Under the pieces are notes generated by a model. The model was not told the DNA's origin. It ran no database searches and worked only from the letters and a program-made list of their open reading frames with translations. A stretch of 64,000 nt of DNA from Antedon mediterranea. Taxonomy: Eukaryota; Animalia; Echinodermata. A program made the translations under genes and the position numbers. Of the stretch, positions 38,601 to 51,300 are shown one piece after another. Position 1 is the first letter of the stretch. Each line of letters begins with the position of its first letter. The stretch is taken from NCBI RefSeq assembly GCF_964355755.1, contig NC_092673.1, positions 26,781,648 to 26,845,647 of the forward strand. The letters are read 5' to 3'.

Positions 38601-41600
38601 TCTTTCTTTCTGTATGATTTTTGTGTAACGCTTTTCTCTAAAACTCGCAAACATAACATTTTGTTAACTATGTTAACATTTTGACATTTATGTAACGTCG
38701 TCAAGCGAAGCTTTTCATGATGTTTACAATTGCGCAACGTGACGTACGCGCGATTTAACGATTTTATCGTATTTAACATATGTCGAAAACCAAATAACAT
38801 TTTAAAGTGAAACTTTTCAAAAGTTTAATTTATATCATGCGCTAAATTTCTGTTGAAAAAAAATTGCGTGTTTTACACAAAGTTACGCGCGCACGCACAT
38901 TTAAAATTTCAAAATGCGCAAAATTAATTTATAATCAACTTTCTACGCGTTTCATGTCGTTTTAAGCATGTCAAAAATTCCCACGCGTGCGCACATTTCT
39001 ACGTGTGCGATGCGCACGTAGCATTGAAAACGTATTTTTTTCTCGTGATTTATGTTTTTCCAGCCTTTTCTAGTAATTTTACCAAATTTTAAACAATTTC
39101 GACTTAAAGATACGTCATACGAGCACGTCGAATTGGACAATTTGCGCGCGTTTTTTATAAAAAGGTTAAAAAATTCGTTTAAAATATGCCTTTTTTTAAA
39201 CAGTCGTAATTTCTAAACTAGACGGTCAAATTTTTGTGGATGACATATTCTGGAAGTAGATGAGTTGTAGATATCGGATCAGGTATTAATATGGCTAACC
39301 GGACATTGTGACGTCATCGTATGGCCACGCGAATATAAAATTTAGTATTTTTATATCTTTCGTCATAGCTCATCACATTGAATAGAGCGCATCTCCACTT
39401 ATCCGTTTTCCATTTTCACCCCGATTTTGATATTGTCTAGGTCAATCAACTATCTTTCGCATGAGTTAAAAATATTTTAATTTTTTTGACGTCATCATGC
39501 CTAAAAATTTAAATCACGTGTGGCATCAATTTCATCTTTACAGTAAATTTTAATCTGTTATAGCTCGTAAGAATAAAATGTGATAATCACGATTAAAACT
39601 TTTTCTGGAAGCTATTGGATTGTAGATATGAAATTATGTAAAAATGTTGCCAATCGGATGTTGTGACGTCATCATATGGCCAGTTAAATAAAAAAGGTCG
39701 TATTTTCATCTTTTTCGTCATAATTCATTACATTTAAAAGAGCGCGCATCAATATTTAACGTATTCAAATTTCTTCTACACGCTAATACGTTGTTGCTGA
39801 GATAATTTGCTTTCGGAACTGCTAACTTCGCTTTTCATTTTAAAACCATCAACATGTTAAAAATTGCAATAAATAGTGGGTCCCGTAATTTCACCTATTC
39901 TACACTGTATGTGATATGGATACAGATTATACTGTGTATACTATATATGAATTTAAATAATAAAATTCAGCAATAACAACAGATCATATTCTTCAGTTCA
40001 GGTCATAATGCCAACGTGAACACTTCCTTTTGTCCTCAACCTATCCCCTTAATGTTAATGTTGCACCACTTGCGCGGCGGATAACCAAACTCGTCAAAGT
40101 GACGAGTTTCATGTCTAGTTATTTATTTCTCTCTGTACAGATTTTGTGTAACAAATATCTCAAAAAGTTTAATGTTAATGATTACCAAAATTTCACAATG
40201 TCTTTCAAATACGTTAACTTAGTCCTAATAAGCTTTTCAGCGTGATCACTCATCCGTGACGTCACGTATACGCCATTTTGTGAAATCACATTATCAATCA
40301 TATCTCCATAATTCATTATCACATATTAATGAAAATCACTACACGTAAACTTGAGGTCAAGGTAAAAAATATTAGCAAATAAAAACTCGGGCGTTTCAAG
40401 GTCATGCGCGTGAAATCGCGCGTTGAAATTTTAAAAAGCTCTAAATTTAGTTTTTATCAATTTAGAGCATGAAATAGGCCATTTGTGTGTTTAAAAAAAT
40501 TACTGCGCAAAAACACATTTTTGCGCACGCGATTTTTAAAAAGGGTAAAAAATAAAATTTGATGTATACATCATATTCTACTCATAATCCTTAGTACATT
40601 CTCCGACTTTGAGTCCATTCCGACTTAAAATAACGCTATACGAGCACGTTAAAAATGACAAAATGCGCACATTAATTGTACAAAAGTGCTAAAAATGGTA
40701 AAAAATAAGGACTTTTTAAAATGAATATAACTCTTCAGAATGGCAGGTGACCCCCAATTTTTTTAACTTATTATGGAAGCCAATAAGTTGTAGATACAAA
40801 TGTATATACACATTAGACGTACAAAATGGTATGACGTCATCAAATGGCCACTTGAATTTAGAAATTAGGAATTTTTATCGATTTGTGTGGGTTATCACAT
40901 TCAATAGAGCGCATCTCCGTTATTTGAGCCCGATTTTCGCACAAATTTTAGTATGTGCTTGCTCAATTAATTATCTTTCTAATGAGTTGTCAACATTTTT
41001 ATTTTGATTACTTCATCACGCGTAAAAACTTGAATAACCTAGGTCGTGTAATTTCAGCTACACCATACATTTGAATATCTTACAGCTCTTCAGAATTAAA
41101 GGTGACCTTGAAGATTATAATTTATTATAAAAGCTGATGAAACGTAGATATGAATTCGTATAAAAATTAGGCCTATCGGATGTTGTGACATTATGAAATG
41201 GTCAGTTTAAGTTAAAAGGTAGTTTTTTTCTCTCTTTCGTCAAATTTATACAAATTTCAAAGAGCGCGCATTGCGCTTCTACGTGTCAAATTCTCTTCCA
41301 ATCCTTATATTTATTTGCTCAATTCATTATCTTTCGAAATTGCCATCTTCGAGTTTATTATGATAATTGCATCATACCAAAAAATTAGAACATGATGTGG
41401 GTCCCGTAATTTCACCTATGCTACACTGTATATAGATATACAGTATATATACTGTACATATTGTATATGGCATATAATAGGCACAACTCAGCACTAGAAG
41501 CGTATGCATCATGTCATAGGATGGCGTACATCAACTTTTTACGATTGTATGTTAACGTACGTGCATGTTTTAAAAAATTTAATTTCATTAAAATGATAAA

Positions 41601-44600
41601 AATGATCACCTATAATTCGTCAAAGTGACGAATTAAATTCTAGTCTAATTTGGTTTTAAATGCATAATTAATTCAGATTTAGAATGGTAAGACGATTAAC
41701 CTGATTACACACATGCTAATATCAACATACAGTACAGTATTAGTACAATAATTTATGAATTAGGCTAACAAAATGTGATGTGCCCATATATGGACATGAT
41801 GATGTCATATCACTACCATATTTAAGCATACAGGTTCACCTTTTAAAATGTTAATTTTTCAGGTTGTATTTGTGATTCGCTTGGAACAATAAACGTCGCT
41901 AATTGTACGAACGAAACCGTAGTATGCGCATGCGTTCATGGGTATAGCGGAGAGTTCTGTCATCTATGTGATAGCGACTTCTTCCAGGTAAACTCTTCGG
42001 AGGCTTGCCAACCATGTGATTGCCATGCCAACGGAGTAGTGAACAACACATGCGATAGGTAAGGACAGTAGGTTTAATCGATATAGGAACACCCCCAGGA
42101 CCCCCCTACTCCTTAAGCAGGAGTGTCCCCTTAATAGAGGTTGCGGTAGTGTTGTGACACACATTAATAGTACTGTAAATTGCTTTGTTTCATGGAAAAG
42201 TGTGCCCTTAATTAATAGAGGTGTGCCACCTTAATAGAGGTGTCCCACCTTAATAGAGGTGTCCCCGAATAGGGTTTTACAACAGAACGGATTGATGTAT
42301 CATCAATTATCTAAAGTTCAGTAATTTTATCCATAAAATAAAATTACATTTGTATAACCCCTCTCCTTTTCTGTTGGTGTAATTTCATTTTTTGTTTATA
42401 TATTTATATTTAGCGATGGTGTTTGCAGTTGTCATGGTAACTGGATTGGCAATAAGTGTGACGCGTGTGTTGATGGATATTATTATTTGAACGACACTTG
42501 TGTAGAATGTCAGTGTAGTGGTCAGGCGTGCAATAAAACAACAGGTTTGTACTGTAATGTTAATTTTAACATTCATTAAATTTGTGTTGCTCCGCCGTAC
42601 CACAGCAACTATGTTTAACAACAACTATGTCCGCAACCCCTAAAACAAGGCAATCATTTGGTTATAAAATGTAACATTGATTAAAACATTTTTTTTTAAA
42701 TAGGCAGGGAGGAGTAATAGTACTGTCTTGTCAGTGTCAGAGTTTTTTTTTAAACCTAAATATACATTTTATGTGGGATTGATGAATGTTTTAATGAATG
42801 TTTTAATTTGAATTTGTTCTATGTATGATGTATTTGTGAATGTTTTTACCATATTTTCTGTTGAGGAAACAATGTTTCCATGTACACATTTTTATATACT
42901 GTATGGAACAAATAAAGATTTGATTTGATCAATATGGGAGGGAAAAGCATATCATAAATGATAACATAACATGCTTCACACTTTATAAACACATGATAAA
43001 ATTTTAAAACAATAATATTACAAAGAAGAATGATGGGAATATATTTTAAGGATGATTGCTATTATTGAAATACAACCCCTTCTCCCCGCACCCAAATAAA
43101 AAATATAAAAAACAAGTTCCAATATTTGTAATAAATATCTGAGCTTTGGGTAAGGATATAATTGTAAATTATTGCTAAGAATGTTTTCTTTTTGAATACA
43201 AAACCATGACATTTTGGAATAACATACCTGTAGCAATCTGTTACATACGTATTGTTTTTTTGTCAGCCAATCTAACAACTTATAACATCTCCATGACAAT
43301 TTTAATCTACTATTGTCAAAATCTGTTGCCAACACCCTTTGAGATTTAATTTTTTACATAGTGTATTCTTAGTAACTGTTTAGGGTAAATGTAACTTAAA
43401 TGTAGTAAATGCTGCTATACATATACCGTAATTTCAATACATGGAATATGTTTAAAGCTCTGTCTACACTGTCAAACTGTAGTTTGACAAAAAAAAGTGT
43501 GATGGGCCCAAACATGGTAGTGATATGGCATCATCATGTCAATATATGGGCACATCACATTTTTTGTCACATAATGTTTGATAATGATAGTGTAGACAAG
43601 GTTTAAAGATGTATTGTCCCCCCAAAACATGAAAAATGAAGATTAATTAAATCAGACTTTGAATATGTTATGTTGTAGTTTTAATAAAGTTAATCACTTC
43701 CATAGAAAAAAAAAACAAACAAAAATTATGTTTTCACTAGTAAAATGATAAAATAAATGGTTAAATTCAACCAAAAATGCATTGGCTGGCAGCCAATTTG
43801 ACCATTTTTTGCCTTCAATTAAAATTTTTCAGGTAAATACTGTACATATTTTTTCGATCCAATTTTTGGTCAAAGTGGATAACTATTATGTTGCTTTAAA
43901 ATGGAATATTCAACCAAAATTGTTTTAAGAATTATTTTTTTAGGGGGACAATACATCTTTAATACATAATGAGAAACTAGTGTGTGAATTCCTAAAACAC
44001 CATAAAATGTATCATTTATTGAACATACTGTACAATGTGATTTGAATATAAAGTGGATAGTATCAAGGACATTTTTGCATAAACATTATACACATCATTA
44101 GTAATAATAAATGTTATATTCAACTATTATGTTTCCTATTTTGTGTATCAAATCAATCAAATCAAAATCATCTTTATTTCAATCAATATATAAAAAAATA
44201 TAGTATTGGATATTTACAATTCATATAAAAAAACAAAAAATATATTGAAAAAAATCTGTATAAAAAGTCAAGAACAACAATGAAAAATCCTGAATCTCTG
44301 AGTAGAAACATTGAATTATAAGGTTTATGGTATCCCTATCTTGAAATTGTAGACATTTTTGGTCAAACAAATAACATTATAATTAACCAGTTAAGAGTGA
44401 AATAAGTTCTGTTCTTTATGGTTTCTGTTGTGAAGATCGTGATGATTTCGCCACTCCAGAAATAAACCATTCGTGTCAATTTAGTTGAAGTAAAGAAAAT
44501 ATTGTTGAAGTAATAATGATAATATTGGAAGAAAGATTTATGAGATTTAAAAAAAACAATCTACTGCTGAGTAATTACAAGTCATTAATCAGCTATTTTT

Positions 44601-47600
44601 AGAAAGATTGACGTCCTAAACGTGTTTTTAAATCCTTTCAATCATAAAGTTGTTTAATAGCTTTAAAATGTTGTTTCATTTTCATGAGAGACTTACACAG
44701 TGCATTCAAACCATTGATATTATACTGTAAGTAAGCCTGATTAAGTAATGTTTAACAATTAGGCCTAGATATTATTGTTGTATGTAGTTTGGCATCCCTA
44801 TTCACAGGATACTTGAAATGTATTGTCCCCCTAAAACATTTTGTTTTGTTTAAATAGTACAGTGTGCCATTTTAATGTCACGTAAATAGTTATTCACTTT
44901 GACCAAAAACTGGATCGGAAAAATTTATTTGAAAAAATGTAATTTAAAGCAAAAAATACTTAAATTGTCTGTGAGACAAATGGTTTTTTGGTTAAAATTA
45001 ACTGTTTCGTTTGTCTTTTTATAAGTGAAATAATTAAATTTTTTTTCTTGACTTTATTAAAACTACAAAATGGCCTATCAATTCTGATTTTATCCATCTT
45101 TATTTTTCATGTTTTTGGGGGACAATACATCTTTAAGTTAACAAAGGGTAATAATTCATACTAAAAGGAGACAATACGCTTTTTCCGAGAGTTGAACAAG
45201 CGACAATATATGCGAGAACTTGTACTCGGAGGACACCCCAATTAAGGACATGCTCTGTAGATTAGAATTACAGAACAAAATACCTTCTTTCATTACAAAT
45301 TGAGTTAGTTCATTTTATTTTCACACCATGTTAAAACATGGTTATGATTTCACAATAGATCTAAGGGCGCGTTTATACAACACGCTATTACACGCATATT
45401 CTACACGCCTACGAGAAGTGTGTTGTATAACAACAAAGAGATTCCGTGTAATGAGATTTTAATTGCAAAAAAGGCTACTAAATTTGGTGGATTCCCGGTC
45501 GCCGTTACCGTGTTGGAAGTGTCCTCAGGGTATATTTTGACCTCTCGTTAAAACAGGTCGTAATATCAATCATGTCATGCGACGTTGCTAACAAGATTGG
45601 TTGGGCCCATTTATTGCTGCTTCGCTGCCAGCAATCATCCTCCTACCACGTCTTACGCCTAGCCTAGTGGGGCCAACTCGTAGTGGTAGTACAGTAGGCC
45701 TCTATCATTTCTCTCTCCAAACAGAATAAAAAATAACATCGCAAAAATGGCATCTTCTTCCATAGTGTATAGATGAAACAATGAAGCCCTTAAAATAACT
45801 TTTATTAATTTAAATGAACCGAGAACAAAATAAACACAATGCAAACGTGAACGAATACAATAATGAAAATGGTAAAAACCGCGCGAATACATCGTCGGAC
45901 AGCGAGAAGGCGACGATGATTGTTGACAACAGCTCCGCCAATTCAAGCGATCAACGATTTGACCTTTTATCCTAGCATGCACTGCGTGTTGATGAAACTT
46001 CCGGTACAACACGGTATCGTGATTTCTAGTATAACAGCAAACGTTAAGGTGGGTTGACCTCGGTCCGAACAACACGCTAAAAATTTAAGCCGTGTTCAAA
46101 TTTAGGGTGTTGTATAAACACGACCAAACAGACCTTTAGTTTACTGCTTGTCTACAATTACAACATAGCTAATGTTTGCTAATCTACTTCAGATCTTATT
46201 AAAACAAACAAGCTTTTATAATTGTTCTAACAAACATAATATGATGACTTGCATAAAGGAAAACATGTCATATTAGGTAAGCCAGCTACACAAACAATTC
46301 ATGTTGACTTTATTTTAAAATTGCAGTTTGTAATACACAATTTCTTTAGAAATACTGTACCTAATTTTTCTTGGAATATATCTCTCTTTTTAAGACCTTC
46401 CGTCCATTTCAACACCTTATCCCCAACCCAAGACATATCTCGGTACTTTCCCACCAACCCTACAGTAACTTTTTCTCCACCCTCCACCCTAGATATTTCA
46501 GGCTATTATACGTAACATCCCTGGTTACATGGTGTATGTAAACAATAGAATTCATTTCTGCTTCTCATTTAAAGACCAATTTACACAGAAGAGCGGTAAC
46601 GGTATTAGCGGAAAACCTACATCGCTTGTTCCACATAGAATCCGTATCTATCCAGAGCCCACTCCGCGTTGTGTGTAAACGGTCATAAGGAATAATATGT
46701 AGATTCTTTGTTTTTATTACCATTACCGCTCGTATGTATTATTACCTTACTTGCTTCAGGCTATTTAACAATCCCATTTAATGAACATTTTTAATTTGTC
46801 CTGTTTCTGCTGACAAAAGAAAATTGATTCCAATTCACTATTTAATGTTCCTATTTATTTCTTGGCAGAAAAAACCCTCAAATCAAATTTATATCTAGTT
46901 CATTTTAAATACAGTAGGTACAAAGGCTCAAAATATTAAGAAGCTGAATAAAATAACATAAGATACACAAACATTATCATTTATTATTAAAATCATACTG
47001 GTACTAATAATACTAGATTATCAGGGTACCAGGATCACATGTGATAAACTAGGCATAGGATAATTGAAGTATAAAAATAAGCCATGCATATCTATATGGC
47101 TACCATGATTATGTAGAGAAACTAATCACTACAGAAAGAAAACTGAATCTAATCTACAAAACATTTATGCATTTAATACCTGATAGGCCCTACTTTATAA
47201 TTTTTAACTAGAGCATTTCAAACTATGTGCATTATAAAATGTTTACTACTGATTAATATTAACAAAAAATATTGATAAAAAATTATTATTTCTTATTATT
47301 ATTAAAAAAAAGCAAGAAAGAACAATAATTAAAAATGTTACGTCAAAAATCAAGCTGCGTTTATTGTAAGAAATATTTCTTATAATATAAGGTACACCAA
47401 CTGGTACTAAAGAGCGAGAGGCTGAAACCTCTATAAGCGACACCAACTGGTACTAAAGAGCGAGAGGCTGAAACCTCTATTTATAAGCGACATGCTGTAC
47501 AGTAAAGCTTTTTTGAACAGCGGCTATAAGACTATCTTGACATAAGACTATCCTAATATGATGATGATGAATGAATTGGGCCTAATGTTCTGTTCTGAAT

Positions 47601-50600
47601 AAATAATAAATCACATTTACAATTCAAGTACAATATAATACTTGAGAAATTGAGAAAGTGAAAATGACATCTTAAATTTGTCATGAAACTTATAATTAGT
47701 AATTTCCTTGGTCACAATTAGAAATAGGAAAAGAGACGAATGTACAGTAGAAAGTGTGTGGAAGTTGACCTTTGTGCTTCAGTGATTTGCTAATATTTGA
47801 GGTCAAATTTCATAAATTTGTTTATTTTAATATCGATTTTCTGATGATTTGTTGGTTTTTTAAATGATATATTTTCATCAAATTCATTTTGATCAGTGGA
47901 TATGCAATCGTTTGATTTGGTTTGATTGTATTGTAATATTATATTATTGTGGTTTTCGTTTATAGTAAAATAAGTTAATTTATTAATAAGTTTGTTTTTG
48001 ATAAAATTACAGTTGACTCTCCCCAATACCAGCGTCTAAAAACAAGAAACTCCCAAAACCAGACTTTTTTTAAATTCTAACAAATCCCAAATTCTATTTA
48101 TTATTAAAAACACATTTTTTTGTAAAAATAGTTTGATAGTGTAGACAGAGCTTTACATTCAATTTCCATTGTTAGAATATGAGATTGAACACATTGAACA
48201 AACATTACACAATGATGTCAGTGATTGCATTGATTACTGTTATCTGATTGTGTAATAATATTAACTTTATATATAGTTATATATATCTATAACAATGTAT
48301 CTCTCTATTCCTATTTCATAGGTGTTTGTATTTGTCAAGAGCCAACAGTTGGTGATCGCTGTGAGTCATGTTTACCAGGATATTACAAGGTCAATGACCT
48401 TTGTACACTTTGTAACACGTCGTCCCCAAGTTCCTTATGCGCTGGTATGTACAGTAATTTAATAATGTGTTTATATTATTGCTCATCATTTGATGTTATT
48501 TACTTATTTTGTGTAGTTCAGAAGTTCTGTGGTTTTCTGTCAATAGACATTTTAAGATCTTTTACAGATTATTTTTAAAAGTGGAATTATCAATTACCAA
48601 AATGTAGGCATATACTGTACTTATTTTTATCCCATTGTACTTCTTTGTTTAGAAACTAAAATAAATTCATCTTGCCCTGCAAATTCTTTCCTACTCCCAG
48701 CAGCCTCTCCCACTCTCCCAAGTGGTTTTCAATATATACTACAGAGTTTAAGGGCCTGTTCAGACCTACGGAGTTATGCTTTCGTATTGTACGCGGCGTA
48801 CAAGTCCATAGGTCTGAACCAGGAAAAGATTAGTGAAATCCACCTCGTACGACACTGATATTTCGTACGCTACGAAAGCTCAAGGTATGAGTTTAGTGGA
48901 CGTCGCTTACAATACGAAAGTCACGCATCGATGAATATGACCTAGGTTAGATATCTAGCCAATCAAATTACAATATTCGCCACATCACATCGTGACATGT
49001 GCTCCTCATCGTATAGCCAAGCTGATCCATTTGTTGTGATCGGTGAACGTGCGAAAAAATCATACCTTTTGTTGTTACACTATACAGTATTATAATTATT
49101 AATATTATTATATTAATTAATTTAAAATGTCATCGAAGCGTGCGCATTGGCGAGAAACCGAAGTAAAATACCTTATTTCATTGAGGGGAAGCCCTGAGTT
49201 CAGAGATCGGTTGGAAGTGAAAAACTGGCGTAAAAGCACCGGCAACAAGATGTCTGTGTTCAACGAGATGGCGGACACGTTAGCAGATGGGCCATCCTCA
49301 TAAAGAAGGATTTAATATCCAAACGAAATTGAAGGGGTCGTCGTATAAAGCGGCGAAAGACCGAGTAAATAAATCTGAAGCCGGTGCAAGTACGGGATTC
49401 GAACATTTTTCTGCCATAAATATTTTAGGTCATAGACCAAATATAAACCCCAACCCCAAAACGATCGGCTGGTTGGTATGCCTGACAACCAATCGATAAA
49501 TGCCGAGCCCAAGTGTTCGGTCTAGGCCTGTAACTCCTAAACCAACCACTACTACTTTTAATAACAACGAAGGTAGGTCTATGTGTGCGTTAGAGTTTGG
49601 TTAATCGCCAGCGAGTGACATCATATCCGTTTGTAACGCAACTTCGTTGCACTGAATCTGAACACTTTGCTCTTAAGACACTCATTAAAATATGACCTTG
49701 GCTGTGATACGAAAGCATAACTCCGTAGGTCTGAACATACCCTAAATCTGTCCTAGTACATTGCCATCATTTTGATACCCCATGTGTATGGATGCTCGCA
49801 ATAGCAAATTGGAACGAATACAGCCACACAAATGCTCTCATAATAAATATTTAACAGATATCAGAGGTAGCTATAGTTTAAATGTAAACAATATTTCAGA
49901 GCATATCAGGCTAACTCTATATAATTGAGACAAAACCACACAAAGGTAAAAAATAATAGTTCTATTAAAAAATTTGAAAAACAAAACTTCCTTTTTACCA
50001 GCCCAAAGGAGAGGGATTACTTTCGTAAAAATAAACTGCAGTATTACTACTGTAGTTGCTAATTCATTTATTTCTGGTGGTTGTATGTTATTAGTTCCAT
50101 CAATACAAAGTTTATTATTTCCTCTGACTCAAGTTCAACGAATTACTCCCAATTCAATATTCCAGCTGCACTCCAATCAAATGCGCACTTCCTGAAAACT
50201 GGGAAGTAAACTGTCAATTTTAATTTGGTCCTTAACAATTACAAACGGAACCAAAATGTGTCTTAATAACTTTAAGGACACATGAAAGTTTGCTACAGAG
50301 GGTACTGTAGTTTTTTACCACAAAAGCAGAGGTTTGAATCTATAATCAGTCTCTTTGTTTCTCACTTGTGTATAAAATTATTTGACAAATCTAACCTAAT
50401 CTAATTAACCTATTTTACATTCTGATCCTGTCTTAAATAAAAAATAGATGAGGGAGTAAAAAAGCGAATTTTAGTTTTGTGAAAAAACAATCAATAAATA
50501 AGTACTGCCATGCTAGGAATCTCTGTTTTTCCTGCCTTCCATTCTTATCTGTTCCTATTTTTAAATTTTCAGATGTATCAACAGTACAACCAATTACCAG

Positions 50601-51126
50601 CGACACACTACCAATGTCACATGATTCAAATACTCCAATCACAAAGAGGCGCAGCACAAGTATAAATTTTGAAACAACAGAACATGTTCATTCACCTATA
50701 AAAACAACAATGTCGTCGGATCCAAATACCGAACCATCAAACGGACCTTTGACGAGTACACATCCCGTAGAGACTGTTGTCGGTAGTACAGAGTCGGTAA
50801 CGGAGCAGTCACGGATTTTGCCTACTAAAAGCTCGTCTAAGGGTAGCGTAGGAGTTGTCGTTGGCGTTACGCTAACCCTATCAATTGTATTTGTCACCAT
50901 TGTAGCCTTAATTGTCTACAACTTTTGGGTTAAACCAAGAAGGCGTATTTTCCGTAGCCCGCTTTGGACGATCGAGTTACGCCGCGACGAAGATGATACG
51001 TTGTTTAACGACTTACAAACCATTGATCAAGATGTTCTGTACCTTGACGACGCTTACTTGATGGATTCGGCGCGAGTTTATAACAAAGTTACAACAGAAA
51101 ATTCACGATACCATCCACTTGGTTGA
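32680..51126 (+). CDS. MEGF9: MEGF9-like type I membrane protein: signal peptide, about 3 laminin-type EGF repeats, S/T-rich stalk, TM, cytoplasmic tail
   Basis: Exons 32680-32749 (MRFSLWICYILVAFIDVKCQDYQ), 41863-42058 (CICDSLGT..CACVHGYSGEFCHLCDSDFF..CQPCDCHANG), 42414-42544 (CSCHGNWIGNKCDACVDGYY), 48322-48444 (CICQEPTVGDRCESCLPGYY), 50573-51126 (stalk, TM VGVVVGVTLTLSIVFVTIVALIVY, tail SPLWTIEL, recalling the vertebrate MEGF9 APFWTIEL motif). All splice phases are consistent. Confidence 0.82.
33120..33330 (-). mobile_element. CR1-type LINE 3' fragment
   Basis: RRHTFSQRVINHWNSLPADVV..NTFKNRID, the typical CR1 ORF2 C-terminus. Confidence 0.75.
33652..41643 (+). mobile_element. Nested Helentron/HINE-like array: one family-B element containing four ~1.5-kb family-A elements, in MEGF9 intron 1
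   Basis: B head 33652-~33717. A heads at 33720, 33805, 36933 and 37012 (variant). A bodies end in GCGGATAAC(C/T)-..AACTCGTCAAAGTGACGAGTT-..TGTCTAG at 35406, 36930, 38593 and 40118. The B body 40119-41643 ends ATGATCACCTAT-AATTCGTCAAAGTGACGAATT-AAATTCTAG. Confidence 0.85.
42080..42280. mobile_element. Small pogo/Tigger-like MITE; related copy at ~51478-51670
   Basis: Repeated TAATAGAGGTGTCCC motifs shared between the two loci. Confidence 0.45.
43607..43958. mobile_element. Kolobok-like MITE with TTAA target duplication; diverged inverted copy at 44817-45132
   Basis: TTAA-AGATGTATTGTCCCCC..GGGGGACAATACATCT-TTAA. Confidence 0.75.
45365..46125. mobile_element. PIF/Harbinger-like non-autonomous element
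   Basis: Imperfect TIRs GGGCGCGTTTATACAACAC / GTGTTGTATAAACACGACC, preceded by TAA. Confidence 0.55.
47394..47492. repeat. Short direct tandem duplication (~46 bp)
   Basis: ACACCAACTGGTACTAAAGAGCGAGAGGCTGAAACCTCTAT occurs twice. Confidence 0.85.
48752..49742 (+). mobile_element. PIF/Harbinger deletion derivative retaining a decayed Myb/SANT-like ORF
   Basis: TAA TSD (48749-48751 and 49743-49745); TIR GGGCCTGTTCAGACCTACGGAGTTATGCTTTCGTAT; internal frameshifted ORF from about 49127 (MSSKRAHWRETEVKYLISL..; ..IQTKLK..YKAAKDRVNKS..FEHFSAIN.ILGHRP). Confidence 0.8.
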
Positions 51127-51300
51127 TACGAGATGTTCTGTACCTTGACGACGCTTACTTGATGGATTCGGTGCGAGTTTATAATAAAGTTACAACAGAA
51201 AATTCACGATACCATCCACTTGGTTGATACAAGATGTTCTATATCTTGTCAATACACACTTGATAGATTTGGCATGCGTTTATTATGAAGTAAACAACAA
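51030..51300 (+). repeat. 101-bp tandem triplication spanning the MEGF9 stop codon
   Basis: AGATGTTCT starts at 51030, 51131 and 51232. Copies 1 and 2 are nearly identical; copy 3 is diverged. Confidence 0.9.

Noticed and set aside
33881-40118. Simple head-to-tail rolling-circle concatemer or satellite
   Set aside because: Heads are stacked separately from bodies and the variant head pairs with the variant tail, which fits nesting better.
33754-40245. Recurrent short ORFs (MLFGFRHMLNT.., MSNSTCSYD..; also 21731-22003)
   Set aside because: They recur only because the HINE bodies are repeated; TTG/alternative starts, no domain motifs, and not preserved in the diverged copy.
45659-46075. 138-aa minus-strand ORF
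   Set aside because: Lies inside a TIR element and has no recognisable transposase or other motif.
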